Positions 10,564 to 22,156 of a stretch of DNA of 64,000 nucleotides are shown in pieces. Origin of the DNA: an uncultured Gemmatimonadales bacterium (lineage in GTDB: Bacteria > Gemmatimonadota > Gemmatimonadetes > Gemmatimonadales > Gemmatimonadaceae); contig CAVPQB010000003.1 in assembly GCA_963707505.1 (NCBI GenBank), positions 352,001 to 416,000 of the forward strand, read 5' to 3'. Made by a program: the position numbers and the translations under genes. Numbering within the stretch: the first letter of the stretch is position 1; the number at the start of each line of letters is the position of its first letter. Below the pieces are notes generated by a model that was given only the letters and a program-made list of their open reading frames with translations, did not search any database and was not told where the DNA came from.

Positions 10564-11019
10564 TTACGCGACGGTACCGCCAGCGGCGACGATCTTCTCG
10601 CGCGCGCCACTGCTGACCTTGAGCCCACGAACAGTCACTGCCTGCGTGATCTCTCCGTTGGCCAGCACCTTCGCCGGACCCTTGCCGCCATGGATCATAC
10701 CCGCCTCCACCAGCAGCTCGTTCGTTATCTCCTTCCCCTCGAATCTTGCGAGGTCGCCGAGCCGCACGACCTGGCTCTCGACCCGGAATGGACTCGTGAA
10801 GCCACGCTTCGGCAGCCGGCGCGTGAGCGGCATCTGACCGCCTTCGAACTGGGGCTTGCCGCCGCCTGGGCCATGGTGCCCCGAGCGTGCCTTGATACCC
10901 TTGTGTCCCTTGCCCGACGTCTTACCAGTGCCGGATCCCGGACCGCGACCGATGCGCTTGCGATTGCGCGTCGATCCCGGTGCAGACGACAGGTTGTGAA
11001 GACCGATTTTCTTAGCCAT
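10564..11019 (-). CDS. rplO: 50S ribosomal protein L15
   Basis: [28 protein letters not shown]. Confidence 0.96.
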   Translation of the reverse strand: MAKKIGLHNLSSAPGSTRNRKRIGRGPGSGTGKTSGKGHKGIKARSGHHGPGGGKPQFEGGQMPLTRRLPKRGFTSPFRVESQVVRLGDLARFEGKEITNELLVEAGMIHGGKGPAKVLANGEITQAVTVRGLKVSSGAREKIVAAGGTVA

Positions 11020-11022
11020 TTG

Positions 11023-11283
11023 TTACGCCTCTTCCTTGGCCGCGGCGAATGTCACGAGATGGCGTACGCGCTTGATCTGTCCGCGCAGTGCCGCCGAATC
11101 CTGATGAATCACCACGTCATGCGGGTGCTTGAGTCCGAGCGCCTCGAGCGTGCGGCGCATGCGCCACGAATGCCCGATCTTGCTGCGAACCTGCCTGATC
11201 TCGATCCTGCCCTTGCCCGGGGCCTGAAGCTTGTCCGTCGTCTTGGGCCCCCTCGTCGGGTGCCACACGAAAGTCCTGGCCAT
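11023..11283 (-). CDS. rpmD: 50S ribosomal protein L30 with N-terminal extension
   Basis: IRQVRSKIG...TLEALGL...RGQIKRVRHLV; between rpsE and rplO. Confidence 0.9.
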   Translation of the reverse strand: MARTFVWHPTRGPKTTDKLQAPGKGRIEIRQVRSKIGHSWRMRRTLEALGLKHPHDVVIHQDSAALRGQIKRVRHLVTFAAAKEEA

Positions 11284-12119
11284 TATGCAACCACCTTCGT
11301 CTTGGCACGCGAGCGATATCCGAGCGAGCTCTGCTCGATACCGCGCTCGCGCGCGATCTGTTCTACAGTTGTCAGGTTCGCCAGCGCGTCGAGCGCTGCG
11401 AGAACCATGTTGTGCGGATTGGTCGAGCCGAGGCTCTTGGTGAGGATGTCGGTGATACCGACGCATTCCATGACGGCGCGAACCGCACCGCCAGCGATGA
11501 CGCCGGCTCCGGGTGCCGCCGGCTTCATGAGAACCTTGCCTGCACCGTGCTGTCCAACGATTGCGTGCGGGATCGTGCCGCCGGTCATCGGAACCGAGAC
11601 CATGCGGCGGCGAGCTGCCTCGACGGCCTTGCGGACCGCCTCGGAAACCTCGTTCGCCTTGCCCGTCGAGAATCCGACGCGTCCCTGGCCATCGCCGACT
11701 GCAACGAGCGCGTTGAAGGAGAAGCGACGTCCGCCCTTCACGACCTTGGCAACGCGATTGATCGCGACGACGTTCTCGATGAGATCGCTGCCGCCCTCGC
11801 CGCCCTGGCCACCCCGGCCACCGTCACGTCCACCACCGGGGCCGCGTCCGCCGCCCGGGCCGCCGCGTCCACCCTGACCGCCGCCCTGGCCGCCACGATT
11901 CTGGCCACCACCCTGACCGCCGCGGCCGCCACCAGCGCCACCGCGACCGCCGCCGCCCTGGCCGCCGCGTCCGCGCTGCTGGCCGCCGCCGGAGCGCGCG
12001 CTGCGCCCGGGTCCGCCAGTGTTGCCGCCAGTGGGGACCACCAGTGGTCCACCGGTGGTTCCACTGCTTGCGCCGCCGCTCGCGGCTGGCGCTCCGCCCT
12101 GCTTCTGTTCGTCAGCCAT
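11283..12119 (-). CDS. rpsE: 30S ribosomal protein S5 with long Gly/Arg-rich N-terminus
   Basis: [36 protein letters not shown]. Confidence 0.96.
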   Translation of the reverse strand: MADEQKQGGAPAASGGASSGTTGGPLVVPTGGNTGGPGRSARSGGGQQRGRGGQGGGGRGGAGGGRGGQGGGQNRGGQGGGQGGRGGPGGGRGPGGGRDGGRGGQGGEGGSDLIENVVAINRVAKVVKGGRRFSFNALVAVGDGQGRVGFSTGKANEVSEAVRKAVEAARRRMVSVPMTGGTIPHAIVGQHGAGKVLMKPAAPGAGVIAGGAVRAVMECVGITDILTKSLGSTNPHNMVLAALDALANLTTVEQIARERGIEQSSLGYRSRAKTKVVA

Positions 12120-12466
12120 TAGAACTCCAACCCGCCTTCGCGGGCACCGTCGGCCACCGCTTTCACGCGGCCGTGATACACATATCCACCACGGTCGAAG
12201 ACGACGCTGGTCACGCCCGCTTCCTTGGCGCGCGCCGCGATCTTCTTGCCGACCTCGAATGACTTCTCGACCTTCTTGCCTGTGATTCCACCGTCCGTCA
12301 CCGTCATCAGCGTATGCTGAGTGTTGTCGTCAACGAGCTGCGCATAGATGTGCTTCTCGGAACGGAATACAACGAGACGCGGACGCTCGGCCGTGCCATT
12401 CACTTTCTTGCGAACGCGAAAGTGACGACGGGCGCGGTACTGCTCGCGGGTCTGCGGTTTTTTCAT
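12119..12466 (-). CDS. rplR: 50S ribosomal protein L18
   Basis: [37 protein letters not shown]. Confidence 0.96.
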   Translation of the reverse strand: MKKPQTREQYRARRHFRVRKKVNGTAERPRLVVFRSEKHIYAQLVDDNTQHTLMTVTDGGITGKKVEKSFEVGKKIAARAKEAGVTSVVFDRGGYVYHGRVKAVADGAREGGLEF

Positions 12467-12469
12467 CGC

Positions 12470-13009
12470 TTACTTGCCCCCGGCCTTACCGGCCTTGCGG
12501 CGAACCTGCTCGCCTTGATACTTGACTCCCTTGCCCTTGTACGGCTCGGGCGGACGCAGACTGCGCAACTCCGCTGCAACCTGGCCTACGATTTCCTTGT
12601 TCGCGCCTTCGACGACGATCTGCGTCGGCTGCGGCGCGCTCAGCTTGATTCCCTTGGGCGACTTGTACTCGACCGGATGCGAGAATCCAAGAGCCAGCTG
12701 CAGCCCGTACGGCCGAACCTCCGCCTTGTATCCAACGCCGACCAGCTCGAGTGTCTTCGAGAAACCTGCCGACACTCCCTCGACCATGTTCGCGACGAGC
12801 GTGCGGCTGAGGCCGTGCAGCGCCTTGTGCTTCTGGTCATCCGACGGACGCGCCACGACGACTTCACCGTTTTCCATCGACACTTTCATGTCCGCGTGGA
12901 TGGTGCGCTCGAGCTCGCCCTTGGGACCCTTGACCTTCACATTGTTGCCGTCGACCGTCACCGTTACGTTCGCCGGGACCGGGACTGGCTTCTTTCCAAT
13001 ACGTGACAT
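12470..13009 (-). CDS. rplF: 50S ribosomal protein L6
   Basis: [17 protein letters not shown]. Confidence 0.96.
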   Translation of the reverse strand: MSRIGKKPVPVPANVTVTVDGNNVKVKGPKGELERTIHADMKVSMENGEVVVARPSDDQKHKALHGLSRTLVANMVEGVSAGFSKTLELVGVGYKAEVRPYGLQLALGFSHPVEYKSPKGIKLSAPQPTQIVVEGANKEIVGQVAAELRSLRPPEPYKGKGVKYQGEQVRRKAGKAGGK

Positions 13010-13020
13010 TGTAGGCTCGC

Positions 13021-13425
13021 TTACCAGACTAGCGCGACGAGTTCGCCGCCGGTGCGATGCTGCCGCGCCTGGCGGTCGGACATGACACCTTGCGAAGTGC
13101 TGAGGATCGCCATGCCAAGTCCGTTGCGAACGCGCGGGATCTCGGTGACACCGACGTAACGTCGGAGACCGGGAGTCGAGACGCGTTGCAGATCACGGAT
13201 GACCGGCTGGCCCGTGCCAGCAGCGTACTTGAGGATGACACGCAGAATCTGCCGCCCTTCCTCGGTCTCGAGGGTGCGATAGTCCTGAATGTAGGAATTC
13301 TCTTTTAGGATCTGCGCGATCTGCGTTTTCACCTTTGACGCGGGCATGTCGACGCGGCGATGCTTCGCCCGGCACGCGTTGCGGATCCGCGTTAGCATAT
13401 CCGCGATCGGATCTGTCATACTCAT
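13021..13425 (-). CDS. rpsH: 30S ribosomal protein S8
   Basis: [26 protein letters not shown]. Confidence 0.96.
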   Translation of the reverse strand: MSMTDPIADMLTRIRNACRAKHRRVDMPASKVKTQIAQILKENSYIQDYRTLETEEGRQILRVILKYAAGTGQPVIRDLQRVSTPGLRRYVGVTEIPRVRNGLGMAILSTSQGVMSDRQARQHRTGGELVALVW

Positions 13426-13496
13426 CGTTCTGCTCTACCTCGTCCCGTCGTATCCGGAAACCGGACGTGCGGGGCTGCTGATGTTTGATATATCGA

Positions 13497-13520
13497 GGCG
13501 CGGATACATCCGCGCCCTAC
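13497..13520 (-). repeat. GTAG-type REP-like palindrome
   Basis: Minus strand GTAG-GGCGCGGAT-GT-ATCCGCGCC in the rpsN-rpsH spacer. Confidence 0.65.
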
Positions 13521-13546
13521 GGTTGGTGAATACGTCGACGACGTGT

Positions 13547-13852
13547 TTACCAACTCGCCTTACGCACGCCCGGGATGAATCCCGCCAGCGCCATGTCGCG
13601 GAACGCGATACGCGCGAGTCCGAACTGACGCAGGTACGCGCGCGGACGTCCGCTGAATTCGCAACGATTGCGAATGCGTACTACCGACGCGTCGCGCGGC
13701 ATCTTGCGAATCGCGGCATAAGCGTCAGCGCGCTGATCCGGCGTCGATGCCGGGTTCTTGATTATCGCCTTGAGCTCGCGACGACGCGCCGCGTACTTCG
13801 CGACGATTGCACGACGCTGCTCGTTCTTCTTGATCTTGGAAGTCTTCGCCAT
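13547..13852 (-). CDS. rpsN: 30S ribosomal protein S14, long (101 aa) form lacking the full Zn ribbon
   Basis: [27 protein letters not shown]...PGVRKASW; only one Cys. Confidence 0.95.
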   Translation of the reverse strand: MAKTSKIKKNEQRRAIVAKYAARRRELKAIIKNPASTPDQRADAYAAIRKMPRDASVVRIRNRCEFSGRPRAYLRQFGLARIAFRDMALAGFIPGVRKASW

Positions 13853-13864
13853 TGTATGCTTCGG

Positions 13865-14629
13865 TTAACCGTGTACGATGACGGGCTTCTCTTCACCGCG
13901 GAACGGCATGCCGAGCTCGCGGAGAAGTGCAAGAGCCTGATCGTCCTTGTTCGTCGTCGTGACGAACGTGATGTCCATCCCGTGAATCTCATCTACCATA
14001 TCGTAGTTGATCTCGGGGAAGATCATCTGCTCCTTGACGCCCATCGTGTAGTTGCCGCGCCCGTCGAACGCGCGCGTGTTGAGTCCGCGGAAATCGCGAA
14101 TGCGGGGAATCGCGACCGTCACCAGACGATCGAGGAACTCCCACATGCGCGGACCACGCAGCGTCACCGACGCGCCGATCTCCTGACCTTCGCGCTGGCC
14201 GAAGTTGGCTATCGACTTCTTCGCCTTGCGCCGGACGGGGCGCTGGCCAGTTATGAGCGCCAGCTCGTCCACCACGATGTCGAGCACCTTGGAGTTACGA
14301 ATCGCTTCGCCAACGCCGCAGTTGATCACGATCTTCTCGATGGTCGGGATCTCGTGCAGGTTGCCGAATCCGTACTGCTTGGTGAGACGCGTCCGTACCG
14401 TCGCCTTGTAATGCTCACGCAGACGCGGCGCCGGAACCGGCAGCCCGGCGCCAGCGTGTTCCGTCGGAAGCAGCTGCTTGCGCTCTGCTCCGCGACCGGC
14501 TGACGCCTTGGTCGAGCTCTTGGATGACGTCTTTGGCGGAGTGGACTTTGCCGGCGATTTTCCGCCAGCCTTCGCCCCACCCTTGCCGCCCTTTGCGCCG
14601 CCCTTCTTGTTGTCTTGCTTGTTTGCCAT
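13865..14629 (-). CDS. rplE: 50S ribosomal protein L5 with Lys-rich N-terminal extension
   Basis: KIVINCGVG, ITGQRP, PRIRDFRG, FDGRGNY. Confidence 0.96.
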   Translation of the reverse strand: MANKQDNKKGGAKGGKGGAKAGGKSPAKSTPPKTSSKSSTKASAGRGAERKQLLPTEHAGAGLPVPAPRLREHYKATVRTRLTKQYGFGNLHEIPTIEKIVINCGVGEAIRNSKVLDIVVDELALITGQRPVRRKAKKSIANFGQREGQEIGASVTLRGPRMWEFLDRLVTVAIPRIRDFRGLNTRAFDGRGNYTMGVKEQMIFPEINYDMVDEIHGMDITFVTTTNKDDQALALLRELGMPFRGEEKPVIVHG

Positions 14630-14641
14630 TTGCTCTATTCC

Positions 14642-15046
14642 TTAACGGGACGCCATCGGGATCGAGTCGCCGCTCTTGACGCTGACGCGCTCCTTCGTTC
14701 CGTCCTTGTCCGTGCGCGCCTTGACGCGCGTCGGCTTGCCTGACTTCGGATCGATGAGCATCACGTTCGATGCAGCGAACGGGGCTTCCATCTCGCGGAT
14801 GCCGCCCTCTTCCTCCGCACTCGTCGCGCGACGGTGCTTCTTCACGATGTTCACGCCCTTCACGAGGACGCGGTTCTTCTTGGTGAAGACACGGAGCACC
14901 GTGCCCTCCTTGCCCTTGTCGTCGCCGCGCATCACGCGCACGGTGTCGCCCTTGGCAACGTGAACGCTCGAGCGCTCCGCATTGGCCGAGTGACGATCGG
15001 TGGTGAGGCGGTTCCTGTTCGTCTTCCGATATTTCAACACGCGCAT
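14642..15046 (-). CDS. rplX: 50S ribosomal protein L24
   Basis: KGDTVRVMRGDDKGKEG, GVNIVKKH, EAPFAASNV. Confidence 0.94.
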   Translation of the reverse strand: MRVLKYRKTNRNRLTTDRHSANAERSSVHVAKGDTVRVMRGDDKGKEGTVLRVFTKKNRVLVKGVNIVKKHRRATSAEEEGGIREMEAPFAASNVMLIDPKSGKPTRVKARTDKDGTKERVSVKSGDSIPMASR

Positions 15047-15047
15047 G

Positions 15048-15416
15048 CTACAGAACCTCCGGCGCCAGCGAGGCGATCTTCATGTACTTCTTGTCGCGGA
15101 TCTCACGTGCGACCGGACCGAACACGCGCGTCGCGCGCGGCTCGCCAGCGTCGTTGATGATCACGACCGCATTCTCATCAAAGCGGATGTAAGAGCCGTC
15201 CTTGCGGCGCGTCTCCTTCGCGGTGCGCACGACCACGGCGCGCGCCACGTCCGACTTCTTCACGGTTCCGTTCGGGAGGGCATCCTTCACCGCCACGATC
15301 ACGACGTCGCCAAGACCCGCGTAGCGCCGGCCTGTACCGCCCAGCACACGGATGACGAGCGCACGCTTCGCGCCGGAGTTGTCGGCAACCTTCACCATGG
15401 ACTCTTGCTGAATCAT
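15048..15416 (-). CDS. rplN: 50S ribosomal protein L14
   Basis: MIQQES...ADNSGAK...SLAPEVL. Confidence 0.97.
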   Translation of the reverse strand: MIQQESMVKVADNSGAKRALVIRVLGGTGRRYAGLGDVVIVAVKDALPNGTVKKSDVARAVVVRTAKETRRKDGSYIRFDENAVVIINDAGEPRATRVFGPVAREIRDKKYMKIASLAPEVL

Positions 15417-15428
15417 TGCAGTATCTCG

Positions 15429-15725
15429 TTAGCGTGCGCGCTCGACGATCTCGACCACTCGGAAGCGCTTGTCCTTCGACAACGGGCGCGTCTCCATGAT
15501 CCGTACCGTGTCGCCCAGCTTGGCCGAGTTGTCCTCGTCGTGAGCTTTGAGCTTCTTGGTACGCGTCATCATCTTGCCATAGACTGGGTGCTTCACGCGG
15601 CGCTCGATGGCGACCACCACGGTCTTCTCCATCTTGTCGCTCACGACCGTACCCGTGCGCATCTTGCGCGCGTTACGTGCCTCCGTCCCATTGGACGAAG
15701 CGGCGCCGTTAGTCATATCAGCCAT
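15429..15725 (-). CDS. rpsQ: 30S ribosomal protein S17
   Basis: [24 protein letters not shown]. Confidence 0.96.
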   Translation of the reverse strand: MADMTNGAASSNGTEARNARKMRTGTVVSDKMEKTVVVAIERRVKHPVYGKMMTRTKKLKAHDEDNSAKLGDTVRIMETRPLSKDKRFRVVEIVERAR

Positions 15726-15915
15726 TCTTCTGCTTCCTCTCGTTCTGCACCGTCTTGAGCCGCGCGATGTCGCGACGGATGAACCGCAGGCGTAGCGGAT
15801 TTTCCAGCGTCTCGGTTCCGGAACGGAACGTCAGTCGGAAGCGCTCTTCCTCCAGCTCGTTGATCTTCGCGATGACGTCAGAATCGATCATCTCGCGGAT
15901 TTCGTTAGCCTTCAT
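15718..15915 (-). CDS. rpmC: 50S ribosomal protein L29
   Basis: MKANEIRE...LENP...RRDIARLKT. Confidence 0.93.
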   Translation of the reverse strand: MKANEIREMIDSDVIAKINELEEERFRLTFRSGTETLENPLRLRFIRRDIARLKTVQNERKQKNG

Positions 15916-16333
15916 CTGAATGCGCCTCCTCACGCTTCACGAACTTCGTCTTCACACTGAGCTTCGCCGCAGCAAGCGCCATCGCCTTCTGCGCGATCTC
16001 CAGCGTCACACCTTCCAGCTCGAACATCACACGGCCAGGCTTCACCACGGCCACCCAACCCTCGGGTGAGCCCTTTCCCTTACCCATGCGCGTTTCTGCC
16101 GGCTTCTTCGTGATCGGCTTGTCGGGGAAGATGCGAATCCACACCTTTCCGCCACGCTTGATGTGACGCGTGAGCGCCACACGAGCGGCTTCGATCTGCC
16201 GGTTCGTGACCCAGCCTGGCTCCAACGCCTGAAGGCCGAAATCGCCGAACGAAACCTTCGATCCACGAGTCGCCAATCCCTTCGTGCGACCCTTGAACAT
16301 CTTGCGGAACTTTACCCGCTTCGGACTGAGCAT
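15905..16333 (-). CDS. rplP: 50S ribosomal protein L16
   Basis: [20 protein letters not shown]. Confidence 0.97.
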   Translation of the reverse strand: MLSPKRVKFRKMFKGRTKGLATRGSKVSFGDFGLQALEPGWVTNRQIEAARVALTRHIKRGGKVWIRIFPDKPITKKPAETRMGKGKGSPEGWVAVVKPGRVMFELEGVTLEIAQKAMALAAAKLSVKTKFVKREEAHSDEG

Positions 16334-16345
16334 CTCTAATTCTCC

Positions 16346-17006
16346 TTACGCGTCCGTCGAGTAAGTCTTGCCGCGACGATCTTCAACGATCTCACCCTTG
16401 AAGATCCAGACCTTCACACCGATGGTGCCGAAGGTCGTCTTCGCGGTCGACGTCGCGTAATCGATGTCGGCGCGCAGCGTCTGAAGAGGCACACGACCCT
16501 CGTGATACCCTTCGACACGCGCGATCTCGGCGCCGCCGAGACGGCCGCCGCACTTGACCTTGATTCCGCCGCGCGCCCATGCGCATCGAGCTCTGCACCG
16601 CGCGCTTCATGGCGCGACGGAACGAGATGCGCTGAGCAAGCTGGTTCGCGATGTTGTCGGCGACGAGCTGCGCATCCAGCTCCGGACGCTTGATCTCTTC
16701 GACGTTGATGCCGACTTCCTTGCCCGACAGCCGGCTCAGCTCGTCACGCAGCTGGTCGACTTCGGTTCCCTTCTTTCCGATGACGACGCCCGGACGACCG
16801 GTGTGGATCGTCACCACGACCTTGCCAGGCTTGCGCTCGATCGTGACGTCGGAGATCGCGGCGTGACCGAGACGTGCGTGCAGATACTTGCGGAGGAGTG
16901 CGTCCTCCTTGAGCATCGCGGGCATGTCACGATTCGCGTAGTAACGCGACCGCCAGTTCTTCGAGACACCAAGGCGAAAGCCGATTGGATGTGTCTTCTG
17001 TCCCAT
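16346..17006 (-). CDS. rpsC: 30S ribosomal protein S3 (frameshift near 16570)
   Basis: [24 protein letters not shown]-terminus in a shifted frame. Confidence 0.93.
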
Positions 17007-17496
17007 TACTGCTCTCCCTCGGTCTTCTTGGCCGTCTTCTTCGCGGCAGTCTTTGCCGTCGTCTTCTTCGCAGCGGTCTTCCTGGCCGCGGCCTTCTTCG
17101 CTACCGGCTTCGGCTTCGCCGCGCGCTCGGAGACGATGATGTCGACGTGGCTCGTGCGCTTCCTGATCGGAGTAGCACGACCCTGCGCCGCCGGCATGAA
17201 CCGCTTGATCGGCCGGACCTTCGTTGATCACGGCGTGCGACACCACCAGCAGGTCAAGATCGATCGCTTCGTTCGCCTGGCGCGCCTTGTACTCGGCGTT
17301 CGCAACGGCTGACGACAGCGTCTTCTCGATCTGCTTCGCCGCGTGCTTCTTCGAGAAGCGCGAGCAGCGCAAGCGCGTCGTTCACGTTCTTGCCGCGGAT
17401 CTGATCGATCACGAGGCGCATCTTGTACGGCGACTGACGCGTGGTGCGCTGAATCGCGCGTGCACGCTGCGGTCATAACGGTGACGTTGCGGCCAT
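17006..17496 (-). CDS. rplV: 50S ribosomal protein L22 with AAKK-rich tail (several frameshifts)
   Basis: [41 protein letters not shown] across frames. Confidence 0.88.
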
Positions 17497-17497
17497 G

Positions 17498-17808
17498 TTA
17501 CTTGCCACCCTTGGCCGGCACGCCCGCCGCCTTCTTGTCGGTCGCCTTGTTGCCCGGTGTGACCACGGAAGAGCCGCGTCGGCGAGAACTCGCCAAGCTT
17601 GTGCCCAACCATGTTCTCCGTCACGTACACCGGGATGAACTTGTTGCCGTTGTGCACCGCGAACGTGTGCCCGACGAAGTCAGGAAGGATCGTGCTCGCG
17701 CGCGACCACGTCTTCATGACCTTCTTCTCGTTGCGGCCGTTCATCGCCGTCGACTTTCGACATCAGCGATTCGTGTACGAACGGACCCTTTCGTACGCTA
17801 CGTCCCAT
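17498..17808 (-). CDS. rpsS: 30S ribosomal protein S19 (frameshifts)
   Basis: [31 protein letters not shown]. Confidence 0.92.
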
Positions 17809-17839
17809 ATTCGATTACCCGTCTTAAGACTGCGTCGCC

Positions 17840-18661
17840 TTACCGCGGCGACGGCCGCGCACGATTAGCCGCTGTCGACGGCTTCTTCGAATGGCGTGTC
17901 TTCACGCCTTCCTTCTTGCCCCACGGCGACACGACGTTACGTCCGCCGCGTGTACGACCACCATGCGGGTGATCCACCGGGTTCATCACTTCACCGCGCA
18001 CCTTCGGACGCTTGCCGAGCCAGCGCGACTTGCCTGCCTTTCCATGCGACAACAGCTCGTGCTCGGCGTTGCCGACAATGCCGACCGTCGCCATGCACAT
18101 TCCGTGAACCAGCCGAACTTCGGTCGAGCCGAGCTGGAGCGTCACGTACTCGCCTTCCTTCGCAACGACCTGCGCCGACATTCCAGCCGAGCGTGCCATC
18201 TGGCCGCCCTTGCCGGGCTTGAGCTCGATGTTGTGCACATCGGTGCCGAGCGGCATCTCGCGCAACGGAAGCGCGTTGCCGATGCGCGTGTCGGAACCAG
18301 GTCCCGCAATGACGGTGTCGCCGACGCGACAGTCCCTTCGGGATGCAGGATGTAGCGCTTCTCGCCGTCCTCGTAACGCACCAGCGCGATGCGCGCCGAG
18401 CGGTTCGGATCGTACTCGATGTGCTCGCACGATCGCAGGCATCGCGAACTTGTTGCGCTTGAAGTCGATGACGCGGTACTGGCGCTTGTGACCACCACCG
18501 ATGCGACGCATCGCGATGTGGCCGTGATTGTCACGACCGCCCGACTTGGGAAGTGGCTCGACGAGCGACTTCTCAGGCGTGCTGCGCGTGATCTCGGCGA
18601 AGTCCGACACGGAGCGGAAACGCGAGCTCTTCGTGACCGGCTTGAACTGACGAATTGCCAT
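17840..18661 (-). CDS. rplB: 50S ribosomal protein L2 (internal compensating frameshifts)
   Basis: [22 protein letters not shown] (alternate frame), [10 protein letters not shown]. Confidence 0.94.
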   Translation of the reverse strand: MAIRQFKPVTKSSRFRSVSDFAEITRSTPEKSLVEPLPKSGGRDNHGHIAMRRIGGGHKRQYRVIDFKRNKFAMPAIVRAHRVRSEPLGAHRAGALRGRREALHPASRRDCRVGDTVIAGPGSDTRIGNALPLREMPLGTDVHNIELKPGKGGQMARSAGMSAQVVAKEGEYVTLQLGSTEVRLVHGMCMATVGIVGNAEHELLSHGKAGKSRWLGKRPKVRGEVMNPVDHPHGGRTRGGRNVVSPWGKKEGVKTRHSKKPSTAANRARPSPR

Positions 18662-18670
18662 GGTGGCTGC

Positions 18671-18959
18671 TTAACCCTCGAAGATGTCGATCGTGTCGCC
18701 CTGCTTCAGCGTCACGATGGCCTTTTTCCAATTCGCGCGCTTGCCGACCGACTGGCCGACGCGACGCGTTCTTGCCGCGGCAGTTCATCGTCTGCACGCC
18801 AGTCACGGTCACGCCGAAGAGCTTCTCGATCGCCTGTCTGATCGCCGTCTTGTTCGCGTCAGGCGCAACCTCGAAGGTGTACTCCTGGCGATCCTGATAA
18901 GCCGCCGACGTCTTCTCCGTCATGATCGGACGAACGATGGTGCGGAACATTGTTGCCAT
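18671..18959 (-). CDS. rplW: 50S ribosomal protein L23 (frameshift near 18770)
   Basis: [31 protein letters not shown] in a shifted frame. Confidence 0.9.
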
Positions 18960-18962
18960 GTG

Positions 18963-19739
18963 CTACTTCTCCTTCTTGGCCGAAGTCTTCTTGGCCGTCG
19001 TCTTCTTGGCAGCGGTAGTCTTCTTTGCTGCAGGTGCCTTCTTCGCAGCGGTCTTGCGCGCGGGCTTTTCGACCCTCGGCAACCGGAGCGAGACGACTGG
19101 CCGATCGCGCCGGACTCGACGAGACACCACGTCGCTCCACAGAATGTGGTACGTCGACGCATCGGAGAACGGCATCACGTGCGCGCTCGGAAGATTGCGG
19201 CAGCTCAGGTACACGTTCCTGTTCACGCCATCGGTGAGAATGAGAACCTTCTTCCCGTTCACGCCGAGTGACTCGAGCAATCCGAGCAACTGCGCCGTCT
19301 TGGGCGCATCGTAGTCGAAGCGATCGATCACGAACAACGAATCTTCAGAAGCACGTGCATTCAGCGCGCTCTTGCGAGCGAGAACCTTGACCTTCTTGTT
19401 CGTGCCCATCGTGTAATCGCGCGGCGTCGGACCGAAGACCGTACCACCACCGACCCAGTGCGGAGCGCGCGTCGAGCCCTGACGAGCGCGACCAGTTCCC
19501 TTCTGCTTCCACGGCTTCTGATTACCACCGGTAACGAAGCCGCGCGTCTTGGTCGACGCGGTGCCCTGACGCTGGTTGGCGAGATACGCCTTGACCGCGT
19601 GATGCATCACCGGGAAGTTGATCGTGCCGTCGAACAGATCGGTCGGAAGCGTTACTGCATCGCGCTGCGTGCCACCACCGGTGTACGCAGCCGCGGTGCG
19701 CGCGGTCACTTCCTGTTCCGTGTTTTCTGTGTCAGCCAT
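18963..19739 (-). CDS. rplD: 50S ribosomal protein L4 with AAKK-rich tail (likely small indels near 19100)
   Basis: RQGTASTKTR, KPWKQKGTGRARQGS, GGGTVFGP. Confidence 0.94.
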   Translation of the reverse strand: MADTENTEQEVTARTAAAYTGGGTQRDAVTLPTDLFDGTINFPVMHHAVKAYLANQRQGTASTKTRGFVTGGNQKPWKQKGTGRARQGSTRAPHWVGGGTVFGPTPRDYTMGTNKKVKVLARKSALNARASEDSLFVIDRFDYDAPKTAQLLGLLESLGVNGKKVLILTDGVNRNVYLSCRNLPSAHVMPFSDASTYHILWSDVVSRRVRRDRPVVSLRLPRVEKPARKTAAKKAPAAKKTTAAKKTTAKKTSAKKEK

Positions 19740-19741
19740 GA

Positions 19742-20425
19742 TTAAGCCTGCTTGCGGATCATCACGATCCCGCTGCGGGGACCGGCGATGCTGCCGCGGA
19801 TGTAGATCAGGTTACGCTCCATGTCGATCTTCTCGACGCGGAGATGCGTCTGCGTGTGGCGCTCGTCACCGTAACGACCGGGCATCTTCTTGCCCTTGAT
19901 GACGCGGGACGGATCCGTACCAGGTCCGATCGAGCCAGGACGACGATGCTTGGTGTTGCCGTGCGTGTTCGGTCCGCCGCCAAAGCCCCAGCGCTTCACA
20001 ACACCCTGGAAGCCGCGGCCCTTGGTGGTGCCCGTAACCTTTACCGTGTCGCCCGGCGCAAAGATCGAAATGTCGATCATGTCGCCAACGTTGTACGTCG
20101 GGATCTCGGGATCCTTGCCTGGCGCATCGTCGATGCGGAACGACTTGAGCGTGTGTGGCGGTGCGTCGAGACCAGCCTTCTTCGCATGACCGATCTCAGC
20201 CTTGTTCGCGCGACGACCGCGCGGCGTGCGCTCGTTCTGCTTCGAATCGCGCGCGATGCGCTGCGTTCCGAAACCGAGCTGCACCGATGCGAAGCCCGAC
20301 TCTTCCTTGCTGGTCACGAGCAACACCGGATTGGGTGTCGCCTCGACGACCGTGCAGGGAATCTGCTGGCCGAGCTCATTGAATATCTGGGTCATGCCCA
20401 GCTTTCTGCCGATGATTCCAATCAT
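19742..20425 (-). CDS. rplC: 50S ribosomal protein L3
   Basis: GRKLGMTQIF, KGRGFQGVVKRW, HRRPGSIG, KGKKMPG. Confidence 0.96.
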   Translation of the reverse strand: MIGIIGRKLGMTQIFNELGQQIPCTVVEATPNPVLLVTSKEESGFASVQLGFGTQRIARDSKQNERTPRGRRANKAEIGHAKKAGLDAPPHTLKSFRIDDAPGKDPEIPTYNVGDMIDISIFAPGDTVKVTGTTKGRGFQGVVKRWGFGGGPNTHGNTKHRRPGSIGPGTDPSRVIKGKKMPGRYGDERHTQTHLRVEKIDMERNLIYIRGSIAGPRSGIVMIRKQA

Positions 20426-20432
20426 TGTAGTT

Positions 20433-20741
<309 letters not shown>

Positions 20742-20753
20742 TATACGATCCTG

Positions 20754-21948
<1,195 letters not shown>

Positions 21949-22028
21949 TATTCGCTCTTTCCTTTATCCGGTTCGTTTATGCGCGCGGGATACACCCACC
22001 CCAACATCATCACCCACATCTATCGTAC

Positions 22029-22156
22029 GTACGGGCGACGCCTGCGCCGCCCCTGCATCATCATCCACATCATCCACCGCAGGGGCGACCCACGCCCCGC
22101 CCCTGCATCATCATCCACATCATCCACGGTACGGGCGACGCATGCGTCGCCCCTGC
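22029..22156. repeat. Tandem array with 50-bp period: REP-like GGGCGACGCATGCGTCGCCC unit plus CAT-rich linker
   Basis: Units start at 22029, 22079 and 22129; linker ATCATCATCCACATCATCCAC repeated; a degenerate extra unit at ~21980-22028. Confidence 0.85.

Noticed and set aside
13547..13852. Long Zn-independent S14 as evidence of recent gene displacement
   Set aside because: The long form occurs in the spc operon of many phyla; no supporting evidence without a phylogeny
21980..22156. CRISPR array
   Set aside because: The linkers are identical while the palindromes vary, there are only about 3 units and no cas genes; this fits a REP/BIME-like tandem repeat
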